This document shows positions 39,481 through 49,798 of a stretch of 64,000 nt of DNA, piece after piece. Every line of letters starts with the position of its first letter. Positions within the stretch are counted from its first letter, which is position 1. The notes under the pieces are model-generated. The model was not told the DNA's origin. It did no database searches and saw only the letters and a program-made list of their open reading frames with translations. The position numbers were made by a program, and so were the translations under genes. Source of the stretch: Adineta vaga (taxonomy: Eukaryota > Animalia > Rotifera); assembly GCA_021613535.1 (NCBI GenBank), contig CP075492.1, positions 2,852,001 through 2,916,000 of the forward strand, written 5' to 3'.

Positions 39481-41265
39481 CTAAAAAATTGAAAAAAAAG
39501 TAAATTGATATGTATAATAGAAGTATCTTTACGAATTTATTTATCTAAATATTAATCATTAGTTGAAAACAAACAAAATCAAAAGTATACTTTCATTAGA
39601 AATAATTATTTTATTCCAAAGAGTTTATGAAATAAGATTGATCATTTAAATGAATAGAATCATTATTAGACATCAGTAGATGAAAGTGTTCATCGATGAT
39701 TGGATCTTGATCAAAAGATTTTTCAATAATATTCATTTTTTTAAGTTTTTTATAATAATAAAGAGCTTTCAAAGTATCTTCGATAGCTTCATAATAATTC
39801 GTAATACGCATTTTCAGATCACCTATATAATCATTATAAAATAAACAATTCGTATGAATTTATTTTAATAATGTTTGAATATATAATGAATTAAATGAAT
39901 CTTCATTACATGTTTGATCTAACCATATTAATGTCGAAGGATTGAAATTTTCTTTACTATCGATTGAATAAGATCTGATGAAAGGAAGTTGCTTGTATTC
40001 GAATATTTTGTATTCATAAAATGAAAAATAACGATGTCAATATAAATCTCAGATACGCTTCATTAATTACCTTTTCATGGTAAATGAAAGTAAATATTGA
40101 ATAAGCAATCCTTATGAAATAAAATAAATAATAGTCACTCACTTCCTTCGTTCTATTACTGCTTCTTATAGTATCTATTTATCGAGAATCAGTAACAAAA
40201 CGAAAAAACTGCCTATACAAAGTCAATGACGTACGACTTTTTCTTTCATTCCTTTTAAAAACTAACACGTAGTGTCACTTTATGTGATGGTAATTAATAA
40301 CTGTTTTTCTTATTCTATCTTCTAATGATTTATATTTTTCATATATCGATTTATTTTATAGATTATGTTATGTCACATTATTATAGTACAATGAATTCAC
40401 ATGTTCTAAATGGTAGCGATACTTTAATTGTAAATAGTAATCTTCAAAAAGAAAGTCGATCGATTAAAAAAAACTAATGTTGAGACTTACTATTTGTACA
40501 ATGATCTTTTTTTATTATGTTATTGATTAGTAGGGTTTGGATGAGGGTGTTTCAATACTAATGCTCTCACACCCATCCTCATGTCTGAAGGCCAATGCTC
40601 TTTCGGAAGTTAACCATCCCATGCAACCAATAGAAGGTTCCAATGCTTTTACACGAAATTGATCTTTAAATCAACTCTTCTGTACGTCGATGACTTTGAA
40701 AAATATTCGTCAAGTTCTTTGGCTTGTTTGAGGCAGTATTTGACATCGTCATTAATGGTCTGATTACCGCTGCTCAAGAAAACCGCTAAAAACTGTATTT
40801 TGAAGTACCGCTTCAAAGCACCACTTTTTATAAACAACCAGATCTACATTGAATCTGGAATTATTCAGTTTTTGATTGATATGTGACAATGAAAGTGATA
40901 TTACTTCAAGATATGCATGCATAAACCGAATATTGAATACTGAAAATCATGAAAATTACACTAAAACGCTATATATACCGGATACTTAATTTCTGCTAAA
41001 AATATATATCGGAAACAATAAACATCATTGTAGAGTGTTGTCCGACTCGAAATTCATCGATGTATATAAAAATAGTTTCTAAATGTTCCTGTCGATAGAA
41101 AGTGAGTACGCCGATATACGGCCTTGAAGGCCCCCGTCCTTTCATGTTCTTAAAATTGTATTGATAATCATGAGAACGAGTGCAATCTGGTTATCACAAT
41201 CGATAAAAGCCATCACACACAGAATATTATTGAAGTAAAAGACAGATAGAAAGAAAGATTCGAAA

Positions 41266-42421
41266 ATGCAAAGCAGTCGAGTCAGTATCACTATTTTAAT
41301 ACTCATTATTATCTTTGAACAGGCTTGGTGTCACGCACCGCCAGTGTCCAAAAATGGTAAGTGATCTTTGCGAATTAAGAAATGGTCAAATGCTTGTATT
41401 TTTTTAAGCAATTGCATTTTAATATTTGGTTTAGATTGGCTTTACACTGGGAATATGATCTGTAACCGACTATGTCACACTGCATCTGTATTAACCGACG
41501 GAAAAGTTTTAGTCGCTGGTGGAACCAATGAGACTTCAACCTGGGATAGCGCAGAATTATATGATCCTTCAGTAGGTCGTTGGACAATCATTGGCAATAT
41601 GAGTTATAATCACGCCTTACACACGGCATCTGTACTAAAAAATGGAAAGATACTAGTCGCTGGTGGTGGCACTACTACAGCTGAATTGTATGATCCTAAA
41701 ACTGGCCAGTGGACCTCACTGGTCGTATGAAATAGCAAAGATCTTTACATACAGCATCCGTATTAAATAATGGGAAAGTGTTAGTTGTTGGTGGTCTAGA
41801 CATCGGCAAAAGTGAGAGCTGTATGATCCGATGACAGAACAGTGGACTGAAACTGGAAATTTGAACTATGATCGAAGCTATCATACGGCTACGGTTTTAG
41901 CGGATGGGAGAGTTCTGGTAGTGGGTGGCAATAATAGTAACGCAGAAATATACGATCCATCTACCGGTCGGTGGACTCTCACTGGTAGCTTGAATGAAGC
42001 ACGACTACAACATGCAGCAACTATTTTAAAAAATGGTAAGGTATTGATCATATGTGGTTTCGGTCAAACGGTTGAATATCCGACTACCACCGAGGTTTAT
42101 GATCCATCTACCCATAAATGGACTATAACTAGCGATGGACTGGTAGCAGGACTCTTTCTTGAAGCAGCTTTGTTGCATGATGGCAGAGTGCTGGTCGCAG
42201 GTGGAGAGTTTTTGGATCCTGAACAGATGCTTCATAGTTCTACCAATGCTGCTTACATTTACGATCCAAGTACAAGTAATTGGACTACTATTAGCTGCAT
42301 GCATACTTTTCGATCGCAACATACACTAACTGTATTGAATGACGGCAAAGCTTTAGTAGCCGGAGGAATAGATACGTATGCAACAAATAGTGCTGAATTA
42401 TATGATCCAACAAAAACCTAG
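41266..42421 (+). pseudogene. Secreted Kelch (galactose-oxidase-type) repeat gene, disabled
   Basis: Signal exon 41266-41356, then repeats of [15 protein letters not shown]...AELYDP..G.W. Frameshifts near 41714 and 41815 with a TAG between them. Confidence 0.8.
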
Positions 42422-42470
42422 GGCATGATATTTTACAAAAAAAACTTCTAGATCATGTAATATATATGTA

Positions 42471-42538
42471 TGCATCTTGAGGGTGTGGGTGTTATTGTCG
42501 ATGAGAAACATATCTTCATCCATACCCTCTCCTCACTC
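42471..42538. repeat. Telomere-like hairpin element with a complete left terminus
   Basis: TGCATCTTGAGGGTGTGGGTG...CATCCATACCCTC; the left end is the reverse complement of the right end of the 1192 copy (1 mismatch). Confidence 0.78.
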
Positions 42539-42759
42539 ATATATATGAGTATATGTTATACTTGTGTGCGTATGTTCTCCTCCTACCTTCTTTCTGATCT
42601 AATAAAGTCATCAAATGAATATTTGTCAATCTTATGAGATATTATGTTAAGAATGTAAATTTATAGGAGAAAAAGACTGAGCAAAAATATCAACAACTTA
42701 TATTTGTCATAAAAATCTAAAGTATAGCGCGTTCAATTTATTGGTAGAAGAAAATTTTT

Positions 42760-43681
42760 TCAATTGATTTTTTCGTGTAGTGATTTAAACGGTGGTATCC
42801 AATCAGGCTGAATGAGTTTCCCCGAATATTCGAAAGCGACAGATTTATCATCGTTTGGAATTAAATTTGGATTAATAGATCCATTGTTATGTAGATCAGC
42901 CTTGCGAATAACTTGTCTTATTTCAGTTAGAATATTTAATTCACGTAAATTCTTAAATTGATCATGTGAATTGAAAGCAATGGCTGGTGTAATGAATTGT
43001 CGAGCTTTACGTGAACTATTTGGATGTAGACCAACGATGAAAAAAGCACGTCCACCAATACTAAAACCTGTTTATCCACAAAGATGTTTGTCGATTAATA
43101 AAATCGATAAGATCATGCCATAATAATTCTGTTGTCTCTTTACTCGTTAATATATCATAAAAACCGAAATTAAACGCTTTTCGTCGAAAAATGATTTTTG
43201 CATTCAAACAGGGAAATTTTGTACTCAATATATACTGCCTAAATAGTTCTTTCATAATGGATTCTTCGTCAGAAGATATTGTCTTAGGTTCATTGCAATC
43301 TGGTACAACTCGATGTATCGAATTTGTCTTGAGGAAATAACCAAATTCTTCTGTTTTTAATCCATCACGAACAATTTTACCAATCCAACATTTACGATTT
43401 AAATATTGCTTGTGTTGATCTGATTTAAGATGCACTTCATGAAATATTCGAGTAACATCTCTACCTGCTAATTGCTTGAATATCTCAAGACCACCAGAAT
43501 GATTCTTCATCAATGCAAGACAATATACATCATCATCTATAATAATCCATCCATCATTTTTATGTTGTTCTACTTCGATGAGTGTGATCGTGCGATGAAA
43601 GAAACCAAGTCCAAGTATAAAACGAGACAGAAATCGTCGAAAAAGAGATAGAAACGATACCGTGAATACCAATAAAGGCAT
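42760..43681 (-). pseudogene. Cytochrome b5 domain fused to a YqcI/YcgG-family (GntA/DcsA-like) heme protein; frame break and apparent deletion near 43068
   Basis: b5 part: WIIIDDDVY...HSGG...AGRDVTRIFHEVH. YqcI/YcgG part: FRQYILSTKFPCLNAK...FGFY, then in another frame FSIGGRAFFIVGLHPNSSRKARQF..PAIAFNSHDQF...GSINP...EYSG...W.PPF. Confidence 0.78.
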
Positions 43682-44335
43682 CTTTTTTCGTGGCGAATCT
43701 AAATAACATACATGAATTGGTTGAGCTTGAAAAAATCTAAAAAAACATTTTATATAATGCACAAATTTCGTTTTATTTAGCGAATCTCATGTTTCGATGA
43801 GAATCTATTGAAAAAACGAAATCCTTTCAATTTTTTTTCTGTACTAAGAATGGGAGCTTAAGGTATGCAAATACTCATTGTAATCAATTCTTATCATACT
43901 TGTTAAGAGATAGCTCTAATCTTCTCTTTCTAAAATGTTTATCGAACTAAATGAAAGAACTTTTTTTCGGAGTAGCAATTAGATTCATATGGATTTATTC
44001 TATAAATAAAATAAAAAAAGTTTTTGAAGTTATTTCGCAATATAGATGTTTATTATTTCCTAAATGAGACATTCTGTTTTAAATGTTTCTTTTCTCGTTC
44101 TCTCTTAATTGTTTTTATTAGGGATTGAAGAAATAAAAGGCACTCAGCGGCTCTTTCATTCTTTCATGTTTCTGTATGTTATATTTTGTTTTTCATATGG
44201 TTGAGCATCGAAAGAAAGAAAATAAGAACGAGAAAAAGAGAGTACGAGATACATAATACAATTGAGTCCATACAATCAAAAACTTCAATAAAATGCTTGG
44301 TGTTGTTGTGGATGTATATTTATTTAAAACTCAAA

Positions 44336-45814
44336 TTACACGTACAAACTAATATAATCATCAATGTCAGTTGATTCAAATCCTGGTTGTGATTGCTCAA
44401 GTATCTTCTGCACTCTTTGTCCGTCAAATCTTCCACGAAGATGCTGCTCAAATTTAGCCATAAGTAGTGGTTTTCCTTCTTCACGACGTTTTCTATGTCC
44501 AATTGGATAATTTACTTCGACTTCATCTAGTTCTGTGCCATCGTTGAGAGTAATTCTGAGTGCATTACCAATATAGCGCTTATTGGGATCATGATATTCT
44601 CGTGTGAAACGAGTATCTTCCACACAGGTAATTTTCGTACGCATATCATCGATTCGTGGATCGGAAGCAATGGCATCTGTGTAGTCGTCGGTGGTCAAGC
44701 GGCCGTAGATGAGCGGTATGGCTGCGATGTATTGAATGCAATGATCACGATCAGCAAAGTTGTAGAGTGGACCAGATTTATCAATGATACGCATTGCAGC
44801 TTCTTGGGTACGAATACGAACGGATTTAATATCTTCAGGAACATTTACTCCTTTATCTTTAAGCAAGTTATGACAGATCATGGCAGCTTCAGCAACAGTT
44901 TGTGCATGAAACTCGGCTGGATAAGAGATTTTAAATAGTACATTTTCCATCACATACGATCCAAATTCTCGTTGAAGCTTAAATTCTTGTCCTCGAAAAT
45001 GCACGTCATAGAAACCCCAAGTATTAGCAGTCAAAGCAGATGGTATACCACTTTCACCTTTTTGAACCAATAATGCCAAATTTACAGCACGCATGCAGGC
45101 ATCACCAGCTGCCCAGGATTTTCGTGACATAGTGTTAGGTGCATGTCGGTACGTGCGAAGACTTTGCCCATCGATCCATGCATGTGAAATAGCATCTATT
45201 GTTTGTGATTCAGTCAAACCTAGAAGTTTAGATACGACTGCGGTCGTAGCTACTTTTACCAATACGACATGATCTAAGCCTACTCGATTAAATGAATTTT
45301 CCAAAGCAAGTACACCTTGGATTTCATGAGCCTTGATCATCGCTTCAAGAATATCCTGAACCTTGAATACTTTTGCACCTTTGGGTTTATCTATGGCACT
45401 GGATGAAGATGAACAGGAATACTTAGCAGTTTGAGTTAAATAATCAGTCACTGCCAATATACCTCCAAGATTATCGCTTGGATGTCCCCATTCAGCTGCA
45501 AGCCAACAGTCATTGTAATCCAACCATCGAATCTGCGTACCAATACTAAATGCTGCTCTAACAGGATCTAGAACATGATTTGTACCCAGAACTCGTGCTC
45601 CATTAGGAATCGTAGCTCCAGGTACGACTGGACCGATTAATCGAGTACATTGTGGATGTTTGAGTGCTTCTAAGCCACATCCAAGTGTGTCGAGAAAGCA
45701 TAATCTCGCAGTATCAAAAGCGAGCGAAGATGTAATAGTATAGTTGTGTACATAAGATGCAATGTCTCGAAGTATCTTATCGACGATTGGGCGCACATTC
45801 TGTATTTTATTCAT
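44336..45814 (-). CDS. prpD: 2-methylcitrate dehydratase, intronless, 492 aa
   Basis: DTLGCGLEAL, RWLDYNDCWLAAEWGHPSDNLG, LRTYRHAPNTMSRKSWAAGDA, FKISYPAEFHAQT, ADRDHCIQY, YPIGH. Confidence 0.96.
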   Translation of the reverse strand: MNKIQNVRPIVDKILRDIASYVHNYTITSSLAFDTARLCFLDTLGCGLEALKHPQCTRLIGPVVPGATIPNGARVLGTNHVLDPVRAAFSIGTQIRWLDYNDCWLAAEWGHPSDNLGGILAVTDYLTQTAKYSCSSSSSAIDKPKGAKVFKVQDILEAMIKAHEIQGVLALENSFNRVGLDHVVLVKVATTAVVSKLLGLTESQTIDAISHAWIDGQSLRTYRHAPNTMSRKSWAAGDACMRAVNLALLVQKGESGIPSALTANTWGFYDVHFRGQEFKLQREFGSYVMENVLFKISYPAEFHAQTVAEAAMICHNLLKDKGVNVPEDIKSVRIRTQEAAMRIIDKSGPLYNFADRDHCIQYIAAIPLIYGRLTTDDYTDAIASDPRIDDMRTKITCVEDTRFTREYHDPNKRYIGNALRITLNDGTELDEVEVNYPIGHRKRREEGKPLLMAKFEQHLRGRFDGQRVQKILEQSQPGFESTDIDDYISLYV

Positions 45815-45974
45815 AGTATATCTAAAAGGTATGCAATTTATATTTATTCAAATTATTCAAACATTACGTAACAATAAACCATCCAGTTATTATTGTTTAT
45901 TTTTATCATTTTTTTACAATAGAAAGTTCAACGTTTTTGTTCTTGAGTTTACTGCACATTCCTTCTGACTAAGT

Positions 45975-47474
45975 TCATTTTTTGAATTGATCAGCTTCTG
46001 TAGATTCAGAAAACGCAGTTGTGCTTCCTTCTCCTCCTAAATTTTACTGCTAAAAGTGACTTAATATTTAGTCTTTAACGTTATTTTACCTGTTATAGCC
46101 ATGTTCACCAAATCGAAATATCCAGTTCCAACTTCTCTTTGATGTCGAATTGCTGTATAACCATGCTTTTCAGCTTCGAATTCTGCCTGTTGCAACTCTG
46201 AATAGGCAGTCATTCCACGATCCTTGTAATTCCGTGCAAGTTCATACATCGCATAGTTCAATGAATGAAATCCGGCAAGTGCAATCAATTGAAGTTTATA
46301 ACCCATTGCTCCGAGTTCCACGTGAAATCTTGCAATTGCTTCTGGGCTCAAATTTGCTTGCCAATTGAACGAAGGAGAACAATTGTATGTCAACAATTTT
46401 TCAGGGAACTCCTTTTGTATTGCCTCTGCGAATTTCTTCGCTTGTTCTAAATTTGGTGTTGATGTTTCCCACCAAAGTAGATCTGCAAATGGTGCTGAGT
46501 TGAGACTTCTTTTGATGCAATGTTTAAGACCAGTTCCACTTTTTAGTCGAAAAAATCCTTCGGAAGTTCGACCAGCTGTCATATCAATGAATTCTCTATC
46601 TCGTTCATCGATATCTGAAGTCAATAGTTTCGCTGATTCGGCATCTGTTCGACTGACAATTATGGTTGGTACGCCACAAACATCTGCTGCCAAACGAGCA
46701 GCATGTAAATTTCGTAGATGAGTACTACTTGCGATCAAAACCTGAAATTGTTTTTGTTTTTTTTTGAACGATGAAATGCTTATTTTTCTTACCTTTCCAC
46801 CTAAATGACCACATTTCTTCTCCGATGCTAATTGATCCTCAAAATGAATTCCAGCCGCTCCAGCTTCAATAAAAGCTTTCGTGATTTCAAAACAATTCAA
46901 TGGGCCACCGAATCCAGCTTCAGCATCGGCAACAATTGGAACAAACCAATCACGTTTTCTTCCACCTTCAGATTGTTCAATTTGTGAAGCACGCTCTAGG
47001 GCTTTGTTGATTCGACGAACCATTTCTGGTCCAGAATTTGATGGATATAAACTTTGATCTGGATACATTGATCCAGCTGTATTTCCATCTGCTGCAACTT
47101 GCCAACCTAAACATACATTCAATATTTTTCTTGAATAGAAAAAAACGAAGAGATTTACCTGACATATGAATGGCGCGTAAACCAGCACGAACCATTTGCA
47201 TTGCTTGATTTCCTGTGACAGCCCCTAGTGCTTGAATATATGGTTCCGTATGTAACAAGTTCCATAATTTGTTCGCACCGAGTGTCTAAAAAGTGAGTCA
47301 CTTTTTCTACCATTAAATTGAACAAGATATCTTCAAATTACTTACCGCTAAAGTGTATTCAATTTGGATGGTACTGCGCAATCGATGTACTACATCAGGT
47401 GCATAAATCCTTTGAATTCCATTCCAGCGACCTTTGGGTGCAGTTCGCACCAGTTCATAGAAAACTTTATTCAT
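45975..47474 (-). CDS. aceA: Short bacterial-type isocitrate lyase family enzyme, possibly acting as a methylisocitrate lyase; exons 47474-47346, 47285-47159, 47106-46793, 46741-46090, 46036-45975
   Basis: [19 protein letters not shown]..., [83 protein letters not shown]. All four introns are GT-AG and keep the frame. Confidence 0.95.
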
Positions 47475-49249
47475 TGTGTTATTTTTTTATATAACGAAGA
47501 GAAAGAGAACGAAACAATTCGATATCTTAAAAAAAGAAAGTTTCCACCTATCAAATCACTTTTTCAATGAAACATACTTCTGAGTCGAAAATTTTAGAAT
47601 ATTCTACCTACTAATATATGTGTCTGTGACAAAATCTCAACTGCAAATATCGGCATTTGATGTTTTGGTATGTATTCTATCATAGACCAAATTTTCAATA
47701 AAATACCTATAACTTTGCGCAAATAATCTAAGGGCATTTCTGATGTTCATATTCGGTATCAACACAGTTAATAGCCCATAGTATGTTTCATTGAAAAAGT
47801 GGTTTGATAGTTTGGAAGATATTTTAGTGAGTTTATTTGTTTAAAACAATAACATTTTCTTTGTTAGGTATATTAATACTATTTATAATTGTGGTATGAA
47901 GTGATCAATTTTCGATAATATCAAATGACAGAGAATTCCATGAGCTCTCGAAATACATATTTGGTTTTGAATCACTCATTTCTATATTTACATTATTTCC
48001 GTTCAGTAAACTGTACAATAAACATTCTCAATATGATAGAATCATAAAACAGTATAGTAATTGGATAGAATAGCAAGCTAATAGAACGACAAAGACAGTT
48101 ATTCTGACTTTGAATTAACAAAGAAAAAGCGATGTCGCCAGAGATCGATATCCTTTTTTCGTAATTTATGAACTCTATCACGGTGCCATAAATTATATGA
48201 AATAACAATTAATAATATAGATAATAAAAGGTAGAACTTCATATTCAAGAAATCTAACAGAAAAAATGATTTATTGAGTATACCTTGATTTAAAGTAGAA
48301 GATATGATCGATTGACTACCTCATCAATTGGAGATCGATTACAATTATAAGTAGAATTTTGACACGATATGAATCTATCATCCATAAACAAGATCATATC
48401 TTCATTATAATTCATTAATATATTCGTTTATATGAAAGAGAACACATGCTCAATAACACAGAATAAGTGAGTAACAAAAACTCGTTTACATCAGTATATA
48501 TTATATATTCTTCAGTGATGATATATACGTATACATAAACATATATATCGAGAGATATATAACGTTTTCAGTTGCATCTCTATATCTAATCTGTGTAATA
48601 AAATGACCCTAAATGGTTGGAGTCTAGCCTTTACAGTTATAGTATTTGTTAATTTTTATATATATTCCAATGATATTTCATCATTTATTTAAAAGAAAAT
48701 GAATATAAGAACTCAAATAGAAACAGGTATGTGTCGAATTCGAAATCAACTTGATCTACTTTACTTTTCTGTTCACTTTGGAGATAAATTACTATATAGA
48801 AGTAATTAATTATTAAACTGATATTGTCTGTCTTGTTTATTCCTATTTAATTTTTCAATTTAGATTAATATCTTTGAAAGGAAATGCGTTTTAAAATCTC
48901 CAAAATTTACCAATACAATTAACTTCTATACTGACAGCATTTTAAGCCTAAGAAATTGAATGAATCCTTATTTAGAACATAAAGATATTATTTAAAGATA
49001 GTGTACCATTTTCTAATAGCAATATTACGCCCTAAAAGTCGAAATAGATAAAAGATAGAATGTTTAATGCTTTGTTTCAGTTATTCTTTAAAAAACAGTC
49101 TACAATTTCTAATTCTGATAAGATCGAAATTAAATTATCATGCATTTTATTTTCATAGGAAATCTTTGTAGATTATTTTAAAGGTTTTTTTTTCATAGAA
49201 AGATGTTAACAAGAATATATTGATCTATTATATATATTAAAGTGAAAAA

Positions 49250-49555
49250 TTAAAATCCATAAGTTAAATAATAAGCAGTAACAAGAAAAAGAGTAATAAT
49301 TGAAAAAATAAGACAAAGAAAAAGAAAACAATCAAGACAAACAGGAGAAAAGAATCGATTTAAACATTGAATATTTGATAAGATAGAAGAATGTTCATAG
49401 TAATCATTCTCATCATATTGTTTCCATGAAATTGAAGAATAAATTGATTTTGATAATGGTCTATGCATTCTTTTAGCTTTTCGTATAACTTGTTTACTAT
49501 AAAAACCAATTTTATTCCAATTATTCTTCATTCTTGACATATCTTTACAATTCAA
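49250..49555 (-). CDS. Small hypothetical protein with a C-terminal TM segment (5' end uncertain)
   Basis: Open frame ending in a hydrophobic stretch. No family recognised. Confidence 0.3.
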   Translation of the reverse strand: MNCKDMSRMKNNWNKIGFYSKQVIRKAKRMHRPLSKSIYSSISWKQYDENDYYEHSSILSNIQCLNRFFSPVCLDCFLFLCLIFSIITLFLVTAYYLTYGF

Positions 49556-49798
49556 TATCTTTCCAAAGACATTTTCTATTGAAATTTGAAAGAATTATCG
49601 ATTACTTTTCTTTTTTCATTTATTTAAAATGTTATTTCGAAAAAAAAAAATGTTTCGTTTTTTTCTTCAAAAAATCGATTCTTTTCGAATCACATGTTTC
49701 ATGTTTTTTTTTCTCTTCCGACAACATTTTCAGTACAAGACTATAGTCCATTAAGAAAAAAAACTTTTCATTTGTAATTCTTTTTCAGATGAATTGTA

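Noticed and set aside
39611-39990. Fragment containing LIWLDQ, reminiscent of N-termini in rotifer ART/TPR families
   Set aside because: Too short and interrupted to support a call.
44336-47474. Bacterial or fungal contamination as the source of prpD and the lyase
   Set aside because: The lyase has four short host-style spliceosomal introns and host-like AT content, and it is contiguous with animal-type genes. Read-level confirmation is still needed.
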